Source: an uncultured Dehalococcoidales bacterium
GTDB lineage: Bacteria; Chloroflexota; Dehalococcoidia; GIF9; UBA5629
DNA length: 64,000 nucleotides
NCBI GenBank assembly: GCA_964554375.1
Contig: CAZKOL010000004.1
Coordinates: forward strand, 16,535 to 80,534
Direction of reading: 5' to 3'
The notes below the pieces were generated by a model, which worked only from the letters and a program-made list of their open reading frames with translations, searched no databases and was not told the DNA's origin. A program made the position numbers and the translations under genes. Positions 17,571 to 28,650 of the stretch are shown here, one piece after another. The stretch's first letter is position 1; each line of letters starts with the position of its first letter.

Positions 17571-19199
17571 TTATTCCAGAGATACCACGTAAAAGTAGTG
17601 GGGCTGGCCTCCGCTGACCAACTCGATCTGTTTGCCCGGATATTTCTCCTTTAATCCGTTGACCACCTCCTCAGCCTGCCCGGCCTTTAAGTCAGCGCCG
17701 TAAAAGAGGGTTACCATCTCGACCGCTCCGATCCCGCCTATATCAAGGCTCCGCAAGAGCACATCTTTAACGTCGTCGCCGGCCGCCACCAGCTCCGTAT
17801 CATCGATAATGCCGATGGCCTGGCCCTGCTTTACCTTCAAGCCATGAATCTGGGTCGACCTGGCTGCAGTGGTGACCTCGACAGTCTTGACTGATTTGAT
17901 CGCCTCGCTCATCGACTGTACATTCTCTTCCAGCGTGCTCTCGTAATTAAACATCATGAGAGCCGTAATTCCCTGGGGCATTGTCCTGCTGGGGATTACC
18001 TCGACCGACTTCCTGGTCAGCTCCTTGATCTGCGAGGCCGTCAGTATGATGTTTTTGTTATTGGGCAGCAGTATGACCTTTTCGGGCTCGACAGCGTCCA
18101 CGGCGGCCAGTATCTCCTTGACGCTGGGGTTCATGGTTTGCCCGCCCTTAACCACCACGGCGCCCAGGCTCTCATATAATTTGATCATACCGGCGCCGAA
18201 AGCAACGGCCACCACCGCTATGTCCGTCGGCAACGCCTTCTGTCTCTGCATCTCCTTGAAACCGACATGCTGGTCATCCATGTTCTGGATCTGTATCTGG
18301 TGAAGGGTGCCCAGCGACGTGGCATACGCCAGAATGCCACCCGGGTCGTAAGAGTGAATATGCACGCGGACAGCCGTCTCATCTCCCGCTACTACCAGCG
18401 ACTGTCCCCTGTCCTCGAGCTTGCGCCGAATCTTCTCGGGGTCCAGGTCGGGCCCCTCGAGCAGGAAATTGGTGCAGTAGCCGTAGGCTTCATCCTCTTC
18501 CGATGAGACCAGGTGAACGTTCCTGGTCGCAGTGATATTGGCGCTGACCATCTGGGGTTTACGGAACTGCAGCTCCTCCAGTTCACCTTTAAGGTACCTC
18601 AGGGCGCCATCCAGCAAGATATACAATCCCTGCCCCCCCGCATCCACCACGCCGGCCTCCATTAAAACAGGCAGCAGCGTGGGTGTCCTGGCCACCGACT
18701 CGCGCGCTTCCTTGACCGTCTCATCGATTATGGCCACCAGGTCATCGGGGTGTTTCTCGGCGAATTGCCGGCCTGAGCCCGCAGCATCCCCTATAACCGT
18801 CAGTATAGTGCCCTCTACCGGATTGGAAAGCCCTTCCCGCGCCGTCTTGGCCGCCTGCACCAGCGCCGCGGCCCAGTCCGTGCCGTTGAACTGAGCTTTT
18901 CCGTCGAATCCTTTGGCAATGCCGCGAAAGATCTGTGCCAGGATCACGCCGGAGTTGCCCCTGGCGCCGAGAAGCGCTCCGTGGGCCATGGCTTTGGCCA
19001 TCACACCCACTGTACTGTCGGTAGCCCTGTCTGCTTCTTCGATCACCGACCTGAGGGTAAGCAGCATGTTGGTGCCCGTGTCGCCGTCGGGCACTGGAAA
19101 GACGTTAATGGCGTTAACCTCAGCCACGCTCTTCTCCAGCCAGTTGCTGCCGGCTGCAAACATGTCCCTGAGGTCTTTGCCGTCCCAGGATTGCTTCAT
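17571..19199 (-). CDS. yloV: DAK2-domain fusion protein YloV
   Basis: 542 aa with the N-terminal Dak2 signature NVFPVPDGDTGTNM. Sits in the conserved rpmB-yloV-degV-recG neighbourhood. Confidence 0.85.
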   Translation of the reverse strand: MKQSWDGKDLRDMFAAGSNWLEKSVAEVNAINVFPVPDGDTGTNMLLTLRSVIEEADRATDSTVGVMAKAMAHGALLGARGNSGVILAQIFRGIAKGFDGKAQFNGTDWAAALVQAAKTAREGLSNPVEGTILTVIGDAAGSGRQFAEKHPDDLVAIIDETVKEARESVARTPTLLPVLMEAGVVDAGGQGLYILLDGALRYLKGELEELQFRKPQMVSANITATRNVHLVSSEEDEAYGYCTNFLLEGPDLDPEKIRRKLEDRGQSLVVAGDETAVRVHIHSYDPGGILAYATSLGTLHQIQIQNMDDQHVGFKEMQRQKALPTDIAVVAVAFGAGMIKLYESLGAVVVKGGQTMNPSVKEILAAVDAVEPEKVILLPNNKNIILTASQIKELTRKSVEVIPSRTMPQGITALMMFNYESTLEENVQSMSEAIKSVKTVEVTTAARSTQIHGLKVKQGQAIGIIDDTELVAAGDDVKDVLLRSLDIGGIGAVEMVTLFYGADLKAGQAEEVVNGLKEKYPGKQIELVSGGQPHYFYVVSLE

Positions 19200-19288
19200 C
19201 TGTCTCCTTTCAATATCATGACGATTGTGGTATTATATATCATTCTTGTTCACTATTCGCAAAGTATCTGACAAAGAGGATTAAAAAA

Positions 19289-19477
19289 TTGGCTATCAAA
19301 TGTGATATCTGCGGAAAAACGTTGCGCTTCGGCAACAGGATCAGCCACTCCAAGCAGCATACCAGGCGGACATGGCTTCCCAACATCCAGCCTACGACGT
19401 TTAACATCAACGGGACCGCCGTCCGGCTCAACCTTTGTACCAGGTGCATCAGGACCAGGAACAAGGCCTCCCGCTAA
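19289..19477 (+). CDS. rpmB: 50S ribosomal protein L28
   Basis: 62 aa, MAIKCDICGKTLRFGNRISHS, matching the L28 family. Confidence 0.9.
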   Translation: MAIKCDICGKTLRFGNRISHSKQHTRRTWLPNIQPTTFNINGTAVRLNLCTRCIRTRNKASR

Positions 19478-20142
19478 CATACAGAATCCCTCAATTCTTT
19501 CAAAGCTGCGCGTATCCCCAGGCTTGAATTCAGAATGGCGGAACCGGCTACCAGGACATCTGCTCCGGCGCCCGCTGCAATCGGGGCCGTTGCGGTATTT
19601 ATCCCGCCGTCAACCTCGAGTTCAGCGCTGGATTTTTTATTATAGATTATTTGCCTCAGCCTGGCTATTTTATCCGCCATTCCCGCTATAAACTCCTGCC
19701 CGCCGAAGCCGGGGTTAACGGTCATCACCAGCAGCAAGTCAGCCATGGGCAAAACCTCATCCAGCGCCGACAGAGGTGTGCCGGGGTTGATCGAGATGCC
19801 GGCCTTTATCCCCAGCTTCTTTATGGCATTCAGGGCGCCGTCCAGGTGGTTGCATGCTTCAACGTGCACTGTAAGTATATCGGCGCCTGCCCTGGCGAAT
19901 CTCTCGATGAATAATTCAGGTTTCTCGATCATGAGGTGGACGTCCAGTGGGATACTCGTTATCCTGCGCAACGATTCAACTACAGGCAGGCCGATGGAGA
20001 TATTGGGCACAAAATGGCCGTCCATGACGTCCACGTGGATGTAATCCACCCCTGCATCGACGGCCTCGCGTACCTGCTCCCCCAGGCGGCTGAAATCCGC
20101 TGAAAGGATTGAAAGGGCTATCTTAATTTTTTTCCCTTTCAT
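19474..20142 (-). CDS. rpe: Ribulose-phosphate 3-epimerase
   Basis: Contains HVDVMDGHFVPNISIG and the C-terminal DGGIN motif. Start is probably the internal Met (MKGKKIKIAL). Confidence 0.88.
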   Translation of the reverse strand: MKGKKIKIALSILSADFSRLGEQVREAVDAGVDYIHVDVMDGHFVPNISIGLPVVESLRRITSIPLDVHLMIEKPELFIERFARAGADILTVHVEACNHLDGALNAIKKLGIKAGISINPGTPLSALDEVLPMADLLLVMTVNPGFGGQEFIAGMADKIARLRQIIYNKKSSAELEVDGGINTATAPIAAGAGADVLVAGSAILNSSLGIRAALKELRDSVC

Positions 20143-21523
20143 ACCCGCTGATGGCACCCCTGGCCCTTTCGATGCTCTTTTTTACCTCGGAAGTAGACGT
20201 ACCGCCCTGAGAGGACCTTGCCTCGATCGATTTTTGCAGGGTAATGGCCAGTACATCCTTCTCAAACAGCCTGGAGAATCCCCTGTATTCCTTGATATCC
20301 AGCTCGTTCAATTCCCTGTTGTTGTCGACGGCGTAGGAAACAACCCTGCTCACCACATCGTGAGCCTCACGGAACGACAGCCCCTTGTTTACCAGGTAAT
20401 CAGCCACGTCGGTTGCCAGGATATAGCTCTGCATCGAATATTTCATCCTGGCCGGGTTTATTTTGATGGAAGCCACAAGTCCGCACATTACATCTATGCT
20501 GGATATGAGAGTGTCCACGGTATCGAAAAACCCCTCTTTATCCTCCTGCAGGTCACGATTGTAGGCCAGGGGCAGGCCCTTCATCACAGTAAGCATGGCT
20601 ACCAGGTGGCCGTACACGCGGCCGGCCTTGCCCCGGGCAAGCTCAGCAGCGTCCGGGTTTCTCTTTTGTGGCATGATGCTGCTGCTGGTGGCATAGGCAT
20701 CCCCGACCTCGATGAATCCAAACTCGGCCGTCGACCAGATTACAACCTCCTCAGCCATCCGCGACAGGTGCATCATGGTTATGGCGGATGCCGACTCGAA
20801 CTCGATAATAAAATCGCGGTCGGAGACTGCGTCGATGCTGTTGGCACTCACATCGTCGAACCCCAGCTTTCCGGCGACGAATTCCCTGTCCACCGGGTAG
20901 GGCAAACCGGCCAGCGCCCCGCTGCCCAGGGGCAGGATATTGATGCGCATAAGGCAATTCTCGAACCTCTGAATATCCCGGCTGAACATCTGAAAATAGG
21001 CCATGACGTGATGAGAGAAAAGCACGGGCTGCGCCTGCTGAAGGTGGGTATATCCCGGCATGACGACCTTGATGTTCTTCTCTGCAATATCCACCAGCCG
21101 TGAATTAAATCCCTGCAGCGCCTTTACCACGTTGCCGGCGGACTCCCTGGCAAAGAGACGCATATCGAGGGCCACCTGGTCGTTGCGCGACCTGGCCGTA
21201 TGCAGCTTCCCAGCCGTATCACCGATCAGTTCAAAGAGCCTGCTCTCAATGTTCATGTGAATATCATCCAGCTCAAGCTTGAACGAAAAGCGGCCGCTTT
21301 CTATCTCCTTCAGGATGGAATTCAGCCCGTCCCTGATCTTTAAATAATCGCTCCTGGCTATGATCTTCTGTCGTGCCAGCATCTCGGCATGCACCTGACT
21401 CCCCAGGATATCGTGCCTGTACAGCCGCCAGTCATAAGGGACCGAAGCCAGGTAGCGCTGGGCGGCCACATCCATCTCCTCTTTGAATCTACCCCTTAAC
21501 CTTGCCTCTTTCTTTACTCCCAT
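20123..21523 (-). CDS. argH: Argininosuccinate lyase
   Basis: 466 aa. Carries the fumarate-lyase signature SSIMPQKRNPD. Confidence 0.9.
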   Translation of the reverse strand: MGVKKEARLRGRFKEEMDVAAQRYLASVPYDWRLYRHDILGSQVHAEMLARQKIIARSDYLKIRDGLNSILKEIESGRFSFKLELDDIHMNIESRLFELIGDTAGKLHTARSRNDQVALDMRLFARESAGNVVKALQGFNSRLVDIAEKNIKVVMPGYTHLQQAQPVLFSHHVMAYFQMFSRDIQRFENCLMRINILPLGSGALAGLPYPVDREFVAGKLGFDDVSANSIDAVSDRDFIIEFESASAITMMHLSRMAEEVVIWSTAEFGFIEVGDAYATSSSIMPQKRNPDAAELARGKAGRVYGHLVAMLTVMKGLPLAYNRDLQEDKEGFFDTVDTLISSIDVMCGLVASIKINPARMKYSMQSYILATDVADYLVNKGLSFREAHDVVSRVVSYAVDNNRELNELDIKEYRGFSRLFEKDVLAITLQKSIEARSSQGGTSTSEVKKSIERARGAISGYEREKN

Positions 21524-21540
21524 CCTTTTCCACCGTACCC

Positions 21541-22791
21541 TTACTTCTTCTTTTTTACCCTCTTGCCGCTCCCGAGCGCGGATAATCCTGTGATCTGCGC
21601 CTGCGCCTGTATCTTGAGCGGCAGGCCCCAGATGCGGATAAAGCTCGCCGAATCACTCTGGTCGAAAAGATCGCCCCGGTCATAGGTTGCCAGCTGAAAG
21701 CTGTAAAGAGAGTGAGGCGACTTGCGCCCGACGATGATGCAGTTGCCCTTGTGCAGCTTGACCCTGACAGTGCCCGATACGTACCTCTGAGAGCTGTCTA
21801 TATAGGCATCCAGGTCCTCCCGGTAATTGGAGAACCACAGGCCGTTATAGATTATATCTGAGTATTCCTGCGCCACCCTCTCCTTGAACCTGAGCTGATG
21901 TCTGGTCAGCGTCATGGCTTCCAGCGCAAGGTGGGACTTCAGGATAACCATCGCAGCCGGGGCCTCGTAGTTTTCCCTGGACTTTATACCCACCAGGCGA
22001 CTTTCCATATGGTCGATCCTGCCTATGCCGTTGCGCCCGGCTATCACATTGAGCTTTTCAATCAGGGGCAGGCCCTCCATTTTCTTGCCGTTGAGGCTGA
22101 CAGGCACCCCTCCCTCAAAGCCTATCTCCACATATTCAGCCCTGTCCGGCGCGTCCGCAGGGGACCTGGTCCACTCGTAGATATCCTCGGGCGGCTCGTT
22201 CCAGGGGTCTTCAAGGATTCCGCACTCGATGCTGCGGCCCCAGGGATTTTCATCTATGGAATATGGCCGGGACACTTTAACCTGCACGGGTATCTTGTAC
22301 CTGTGCGCATATTCAATGGTTTCGTCCCTGGTCATGCCCCATTCGCGTGCCGGGGCGATGATCTTGAGCTCCGGTCCCAGCGCAAGCACACTAACGTCGA
22401 AACGCACCTGGTCGTTGCCCTTTCCTGTCGATCCATGGGCCACGGCCGTTGCCCCCTCCATATGCGCCAGGTCTACCAGCAGCCTGGCCATAAGGGGCCT
22501 GCCCAGCGCCGTGGCCAATGGATATTGTCCCTCGTACAAAGCATCAGCTTTCACGGCTTTGAAAACGTAATCGTCAATAAATTCATCCCTCGCGTCAACG
22601 GCGAAGGATTTTACCGCTCCCAGCTTCAAAGCCTTCTGTCGGATGCCCTCCACATCCCTGACACCACCGATGTTGACGCAGAGCGTGATCACATCCATCT
22701 TGTAGTTGTCAGCCAGCCACTTGATGGCGACCGATGTATCCAATCCGCCGCTGTAGGCCAGGACTACCTTTTCCTTCGCTTTTCTTGCCAT
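21541..22791 (-). CDS. argG: Argininosuccinate synthase
   Basis: 416 aa. N-terminal AYSGGLDTS PP-loop motif. Confidence 0.92.
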   Translation of the reverse strand: MARKAKEKVVLAYSGGLDTSVAIKWLADNYKMDVITLCVNIGGVRDVEGIRQKALKLGAVKSFAVDARDEFIDDYVFKAVKADALYEGQYPLATALGRPLMARLLVDLAHMEGATAVAHGSTGKGNDQVRFDVSVLALGPELKIIAPAREWGMTRDETIEYAHRYKIPVQVKVSRPYSIDENPWGRSIECGILEDPWNEPPEDIYEWTRSPADAPDRAEYVEIGFEGGVPVSLNGKKMEGLPLIEKLNVIAGRNGIGRIDHMESRLVGIKSRENYEAPAAMVILKSHLALEAMTLTRHQLRFKERVAQEYSDIIYNGLWFSNYREDLDAYIDSSQRYVSGTVRVKLHKGNCIIVGRKSPHSLYSFQLATYDRGDLFDQSDSASFIRIWGLPLKIQAQAQITGLSALGSGKRVKKKK

Positions 22792-22792
22792 C

Positions 22793-24022
22793 TTATTGCC
22801 TCTCTTTCAATACTTTGCCGAGCACGCCCAGCGCCATATCGATCTCTTTCTCCGTAACGATGAGTGGCGGGATAAAACGTATCACGTCGGACTTTACCTT
22901 ATTCACTATAATGCCCCTTTCCAGGCAGGCCAGCACCACCGCCTCTGCAATTTCGCTGTTGAACTGCAGCGCCACCAGCAAGCCCTTTCCCCGCACCTCT
23001 TTAATCACCTTATGCTCAGCGGCCATGCCTTTCAGGCCAGCGCGAAGATACTCTCCCATGCGTCCGACGTGACCCGGCAGGTCTTTCCAAATTATATAGC
23101 TGAGCACGTCAAAGGCAGTGGCACAGACCAGGGGATTGCCCCCGAATGTGGCGCCATGCTCACCGATTTTGAAAACGCAGGCGGGCTCTTTTGCCAGGAA
23201 CGCGCCTATGGGTACGCCTCCACCCAAACCTTTGGCCAGGGTCATAATATCCGGCTCCGCTCCGTACTGCTGGTATGCGTAAAGGGCGCCGGTGCGGCCG
23301 ATGCCCGTCTGGACCTCGTCCAGTATAAGCAGCAGCCCTTTCTCATCACACCAAGCCCGCACTTTTTTCAGGTAATCGTCCGACGGCACGTTGACGCCGC
23401 CCTCACCCTGTATGGGCTCCAGCATGACCGCGCAGGTCAGCTTATTGGTGGCCTTCTTTATTGCCTCTATATCGTTGTAATCAACATTGATAAAACCTGT
23501 CGGCAGCGGGGTATAGGGCTCCTGGAACTGGTTCTGTCCCGTGGCTGCCGTGGTCGCCAGTGTCCTGCCGTGGAACGACTCGTGCGTTGTGATTATCTCG
23601 TAGGCGCCGTCCAGCTTGAGCTTGCCGTAACGGCGTGCCAGCTTGATGGCGCCCTCGTTGGCCTCTGCTCCGCTGTTGCAGATAAAGACGCGGTCAAGGC
23701 AGCTCGTCTTGACCAGCAGCTCTGCTAGCTGAAGCTGCGGGACTGTGTAATACATGTTGGACATCTGGATGAGTGTTTTAGCCTGGCGCGTCAGCGCCTT
23801 GACGATCACAGGATGGCAGTGCCCCAGGCTGGTCACCGCGATGCCGGCCACAAAATCCAGGTACTCCCTGCCTTTTTCGTCCCAGACTTTCATGCCTTTG
23901 CCGCGTACAATGGTGACCGGCCAGCGTTTGGCCAGCTGCATATACACCTGCTTTTCCAGATCCTGCCAGTTTTTATTTTCGGTTGACAATTGTGGTACCA
24001 CTCCCTTTTCCTTCAATTTCAT
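22793..24022 (-). CDS. argD: Acetylornithine aminotransferase
   Basis: 409 aa class III aminotransferase, located within the arg cluster. Confidence 0.88.
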   Translation of the reverse strand: MKLKEKGVVPQLSTENKNWQDLEKQVYMQLAKRWPVTIVRGKGMKVWDEKGREYLDFVAGIAVTSLGHCHPVIVKALTRQAKTLIQMSNMYYTVPQLQLAELLVKTSCLDRVFICNSGAEANEGAIKLARRYGKLKLDGAYEIITTHESFHGRTLATTAATGQNQFQEPYTPLPTGFINVDYNDIEAIKKATNKLTCAVMLEPIQGEGGVNVPSDDYLKKVRAWCDEKGLLLILDEVQTGIGRTGALYAYQQYGAEPDIMTLAKGLGGGVPIGAFLAKEPACVFKIGEHGATFGGNPLVCATAFDVLSYIIWKDLPGHVGRMGEYLRAGLKGMAAEHKVIKEVRGKGLLVALQFNSEIAEAVVLACLERGIIVNKVKSDVIRFIPPLIVTEKEIDMALGVLGKVLKERQ

Positions 24023-24773
24023 CGATCAGCGCATGCCCTACCCGCCCGTCTATTATGCGCGTGAGAGAAACCTTGCGGGCGGCGATCATGCCTGCCTCAA
24101 GCTTGGCCACCATGCCGCCTGATGCGGTCCCGGTATCGATCATGTTCCTGGCCTTGCCGCCATCGATATGCGTTATCACCTGCCTTGAATCGTCGTATAT
24201 CCCCGGCACGTCGGTAAGAAAGATCAGCTTACGGGCGTCCAGCGCAGCGGCGATCTCGGCGGCGATTGTATCGCCGTTGACGTTCAGGAGGTTGTTATCC
24301 TGCCTGCCACCGGGTTCGGAGTTGATGCACACGGGCGCTATTACAGGCATATAACCGTTGCTGAGCAGTATTTTGAGCAGCCGGGAATCCACCGTCAGCT
24401 CTTCGGCTGTCAGTCCCAGCTCGCGGTCCTTATTCTTACCCAATACGATCGCTCCATCGGCGCCGCTGATTCCCACGGCTTTCCCACCCCTTCGGGATAT
24501 CTCCGAGACCAGCTCTTTATTAATCAGGCCGGCCAGCACAGCCGTGACGACCATCAGTGTATCTTCGTCAGTCACGCGCAGGCCCTGTACGAAGCGCGTG
24601 GATATATGCAGCCTGCTTAGCCATTCCGTTACCGCGTTGCCTCCCCCATGCACAACAACCACAGGAACCTTCTTTTTCTGGAGGGTTACCAGGTCTTCCA
24701 TCGTGGTATCGTTTTGGCCCAGAGTACTGCCACCGATCTTAACCACTATGATTTTCGATCTAAACATACGCAA
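23973..24773 (-). CDS. argB: Acetylglutamate kinase
   Basis: 266 aa. Contains VVKIGGS and HGGG motifs. Confidence 0.9.
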   Translation of the reverse strand: MRMFRSKIIVVKIGGSTLGQNDTTMEDLVTLQKKKVPVVVVHGGGNAVTEWLSRLHISTRFVQGLRVTDEDTLMVVTAVLAGLINKELVSEISRRGGKAVGISGADGAIVLGKNKDRELGLTAEELTVDSRLLKILLSNGYMPVIAPVCINSEPGGRQDNNLLNVNGDTIAAEIAAALDARKLIFLTDVPGIYDDSRQVITHIDGGKARNMIDTGTASGGMVAKLEAGMIAARKVSLTRIIDGRVGHALIDEIEGKGSGTTIVNRK

Positions 24774-24785
24774 TTCCGGGACCGG

Positions 24786-25991
24786 TCAGGTAGTATAATC
24801 GCTATTTATAGTAACATACTCCTGAGAGAGATCGCATCCCCACGCTACTGCATTCCCCATCCCGATATTTAAGCAAACTCTGATGGTAACCTTATCAGCC
24901 TTCATACGGCGGCTGAGTTTGTCTTTCTCAAAGGGCAGCGGACTGCCGGAGCGCATCACCTGCTCACCCTGCAGGTAAACATCGAGCATCCCCTCTTCCA
25001 TCTCGGCGCCGCTGCGCCCCAGAACAGCCACAACCCGTCCCCAGTTGGGATCGTTGCCGTGCACAGCCGATTTCACCAGCGAGGATACTGCGATCAGCCT
25101 GGCCACCTTCCTTGCCTGGGACCGGCTCTTGGCGCCCTCCACGCACACCTCGATCAGCCTGGTGGCGCCCTCTCCGTCGGCAGCGATGCTACAGGCCAGG
25201 TAGCGGCATACCCGGCCCAGGGCTACTCTGAACATGCTGCCGTTTCCAGCTGTGATCGTTTCATTGTCGGCACAGCCATTGGCTATGATGGACACCATGT
25301 CATTGGTGCTGGTATCGCCGTCTATGGTAAGCATGTTAAAACTGTCATCGACAGCAGCCATCAGCGCACGTGCAAGGAATGCAGCTTCGACACTGGCATC
25401 AGTTGTTAAGAAACTGAGCAATGTTGCCATGTCCGGGTGGATCATACCCGCGCCCTTGGCTATCCCGCCTATTGTATAGTGCCCGCTGCCGTCCATGACC
25501 CTGACAGCGATCTCCTTGGGACGGGTATCGGTCGTCATGATAGCCCTGGCCAGTTTATGTCCGCCATCTTTCAGTAACTTGATTTTGCCGATGCCCGCCT
25601 TTATTCTGTCCATCGGCAAGACGGCGCCTATTACACCGGTGCTGGCAACCATAACCCGGTCGGACCTGATACCCAGCTTTTTCGCAGTAGCAGCAGCCAT
25701 ATCGGCGGCATCGCTCAGCCCTTTCTCACCCGTGCAGGCGTTAGCGCAGCCTGAATTGACCACTATGGCACACACCCTGCCCTTCTCGTTATTTTTAGCG
25801 CTGATAAGAATGGGCGCTGCCTTGACCTTGTTATTAGTAAAAACCGCTGAGGAAACGGCGGGCGTCTCTGAGCAAAGTATGCCCAGGTCAAGCCGCCCCT
25901 TGTATTTAACCGAGGCCTCCACGGCGCCGGCCAAGAAGCCCTGCGGCGTAGTTACCGTACCCTGCTTTAGCTCCTCTATTTTCTCTTTCAT
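24786..25991 (-). CDS. argJ: Bifunctional ornithine acetyltransferase / N-acetylglutamate synthase
   Basis: 401 aa. Autoproteolytic ATMLSF(L)TTDA motif is present. Confidence 0.9.
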   Translation of the reverse strand: MKEKIEELKQGTVTTPQGFLAGAVEASVKYKGRLDLGILCSETPAVSSAVFTNNKVKAAPILISAKNNEKGRVCAIVVNSGCANACTGEKGLSDAADMAAATAKKLGIRSDRVMVASTGVIGAVLPMDRIKAGIGKIKLLKDGGHKLARAIMTTDTRPKEIAVRVMDGSGHYTIGGIAKGAGMIHPDMATLLSFLTTDASVEAAFLARALMAAVDDSFNMLTIDGDTSTNDMVSIIANGCADNETITAGNGSMFRVALGRVCRYLACSIAADGEGATRLIEVCVEGAKSRSQARKVARLIAVSSLVKSAVHGNDPNWGRVVAVLGRSGAEMEEGMLDVYLQGEQVMRSGSPLPFEKDKLSRRMKADKVTIRVCLNIGMGNAVAWGCDLSQEYVTINSDYTT

Positions 25992-26070
25992 GGGGTTAAG
26001 ACTATAGCACTTTTCGGCAGATACTGCTATTCCACCGGGCAGATATAAGACGTACAGCTTATTACCACTG

Positions 26071-28650
26071 TTAATCGCTTTCAGCTTTATTTTTCAGCTC
26101 GTACAACTTGTTGATGGCCTCGATCGGCGACATAGAGTCGATATCCATTTTTTTTAGTTCGGCCTTGATTTCAGAAGACTGGACAAAGATCGATAGCTGC
26201 AAGGCTTGGGAATCAACGGATCCCTTCCCTGCACCGTTCTTGCGCCCTGCTTGCTCCTCTTCCAGCCGCTGCAAGATCTCCTCAGCGCGGCGAATGACCG
26301 CCTTCGGAATTCCGGCAAGTTGAGCAACGTGTATCCCGTAGCTGCGGTCCGCCCCACCAGGCACGACTTTGCGCAGGAATATGACCTTCCCCTCCTCCTC
26401 TGTTACGGCCATGTTGAAGTTTTTCACCCGCGGCAGGTTGGCGGCCAGCGCGACCAGCTCGTGGTAATGGGTGGCAAAGAGGGTCCTGGCCCTCAGTCTG
26501 GCATTATTGTGAATGTACTCGATGGTTGCCCATGCAATGGAAAGCCCGTCATAGGTGCTGGTGCCCCTCCCAACCTCGTCAAGGATCAGCAGCGACCTGG
26601 CTGTAGCATTGTTGAGTATATTAGCCACCTCTATCATCTCTACCATAAAGGTGGATTGCCCGGCCGCTATATCCTCCTGCGCGCCGATGCGCGTGAATAT
26701 GCGGTCTACTATGCCGATGACGGCTTCGTCAGCCGGCACGTAGCTCCCGGTCTGGGCCAGCAGAACGATCAGCGCCACCTGCTTGAGATAGGTCGACTTA
26801 CCCGCCATGTTGGGGCCCGTCAACACGATCAACTGGTTGTCCTGATTGGAAAGCGAGGTATCGTTGGGAATAAATGCGCCGCTGCCCAGCGCCCTCTCCA
26901 CAACCGGGTGCCTGCCGCCCCTGATTGTAATAGTCTCCCCCTCATTCAACTCCGGCTTAACGTAATTATGGCGCACCGCCACCTCTGCAAGGCTGGAGTA
27001 AACATCCACCCGCGCCAGTGCCCTGCCCGATTCCAGTATTGTCTCGCCGCGGTCGGCGACCTGCCGGCACACCTGCGCGAAAATGGCCTTCTCCAGGTCG
27101 ATCATCCTCTCCTGGGCGTTGAGGATAAGTGACTCATATTCCTTTAGCTGCGGGGTGTAGAAACGTTCGCCGTTGGTCAGAGTTTGTTTACGTATATAGT
27201 CGGCGGGCACGGCCGCCAGGTTGGAAGTCGACACCTCTATGTAATAGCCGAAAACCCGGTTGTAGCCCAGCTTGAGGGACTTGATGCCTGTGCGCTCCTT
27301 TTCCTGCTTCTCCATCCCGGCCAGATACTGGCGGGCATCAGAGGACATGGCCCTGATCTTGTCCAGCTCTTCCGAAAAACCCTTCCTGATCACCCCTCCA
27401 TGTTCGAAGTTGGAAGCCGGGTGGTCCGCGATAGCGTCAGAGATCAGCGCAACCATGTCCGGGCAGGGCTTAAGGCCTTCCCCGAGTTGGGACGGCAGGT
27501 CATTTTCAGATAGGGAAGCCTGGATAGCAGCCAATTTCTCCAGTCCCATCTTGAGGGCTACCAGTTCCCGCGGCAGGGCGTTGCCGCTGCGCACCCGGAT
27601 GATGATGCGCTCGACGTCCGGCATGTCGGTCAGCAGCGAAATGATTGTGCCGCGCCGAAGGGTGTTCTTAAAGAACCATTCCACAGCTTGCTGGCGCCGG
27701 GCCAGCGCCTCAAGCTCAAGCAATGGCCTGCCGATGAACATCTTAAGCAGGCGGCCACCCATGGATGTCCTGGTCATATCTATAACGGACAGCAGCGAGC
27801 CCTGTGCCATCCCCCAGCGCAGACTGCTGTACATCTCCAGATTACGTATAGTCTGCATGTCAAGCGTCATAAAAGACCCTGTTGAATAGGTCGAGAGCCG
27901 GTTGAGCAGCCCTATCGCCGTCTTCTGGTTTTCACGCAAATAAGCTACCACGGCGCCCGCAGCACCCACTGCCAGAGGAAGGTGTTCACAGCCGTAACCT
28001 TCCAGGGACGATGCGGAAAAAAGCTCCAGCAGCGACTGCCTGGCCGTGTCCCTCTCAAAAAAGTAGCTTTCTATCCCGGTTATATTGTGGAAAGCGTTGA
28101 TCTCAACGTACTCTGATGACCCGGGCACGATTATCTCGGCCGGGTTCAGCCTGGCTATCTCGTCGGCGGCCCGGTCCCGGGACAGCTGTGTAACTGCGAA
28201 CTCCCCGGTGGTGATATCTGCAAAAGCTATGCCTGCCTGCCCTTTATCAATCAGCAGGCCGACCAGATAGTTGTTGCTTTTCTCCGCGAGCAATCCAGGC
28301 TCAATCAGGGTGCCTGGTGTGACAACCCGTATCACGTCCCGCTCAACCAGGCCTTTGCCCGGAGGTGTCAACTGCTCGCAGATAGCCACCTTGTAGCCAC
28401 GGCTTATCAGCCGCGCCAGGTAATTCTCCAGTGCATGGTAAGGTATACCGGCCAGCGGCACCTTTACCCCCTTGCCCATCTCCCTCGAGGTCAGTACAAT
28501 CTCAAGCTCGCGCGACGTGATCCTGGCGTCCTCATCAAAGGTCTCGTAGAAATCGCCCAGGCGGAAAAAGACGATGGCGCCGGGGTATTTCTGCTTGATG
28601 CGCAGATACTGCTTCCTCAAAGGTGTGAGCGATATCTCTTTTGCCGTCAT
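26071..28650 (-). CDS. mutS: DNA mismatch repair protein MutS
   Basis: 859 aa. Walker A GPNMAGKST and the conserved DExxxGTS(T) region. Confidence 0.93.
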   Translation of the reverse strand: MTAKEISLTPLRKQYLRIKQKYPGAIVFFRLGDFYETFDEDARITSRELEIVLTSREMGKGVKVPLAGIPYHALENYLARLISRGYKVAICEQLTPPGKGLVERDVIRVVTPGTLIEPGLLAEKSNNYLVGLLIDKGQAGIAFADITTGEFAVTQLSRDRAADEIARLNPAEIIVPGSSEYVEINAFHNITGIESYFFERDTARQSLLELFSASSLEGYGCEHLPLAVGAAGAVVAYLRENQKTAIGLLNRLSTYSTGSFMTLDMQTIRNLEMYSSLRWGMAQGSLLSVIDMTRTSMGGRLLKMFIGRPLLELEALARRQQAVEWFFKNTLRRGTIISLLTDMPDVERIIIRVRSGNALPRELVALKMGLEKLAAIQASLSENDLPSQLGEGLKPCPDMVALISDAIADHPASNFEHGGVIRKGFSEELDKIRAMSSDARQYLAGMEKQEKERTGIKSLKLGYNRVFGYYIEVSTSNLAAVPADYIRKQTLTNGERFYTPQLKEYESLILNAQERMIDLEKAIFAQVCRQVADRGETILESGRALARVDVYSSLAEVAVRHNYVKPELNEGETITIRGGRHPVVERALGSGAFIPNDTSLSNQDNQLIVLTGPNMAGKSTYLKQVALIVLLAQTGSYVPADEAVIGIVDRIFTRIGAQEDIAAGQSTFMVEMIEVANILNNATARSLLILDEVGRGTSTYDGLSIAWATIEYIHNNARLRARTLFATHYHELVALAANLPRVKNFNMAVTEEEGKVIFLRKVVPGGADRSYGIHVAQLAGIPKAVIRRAEEILQRLEEEQAGRKNGAGKGSVDSQALQLSIFVQSSEIKAELKKMDIDSMSPIEAINKLYELKNKAESD

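Noticed and set aside
19190-19200. gattgcttca resembling the dispersed repeat
   Set aside because: Only a 10-nt partial match. It lies at the yloV start codon region (MKQSW), so it is coincidental.
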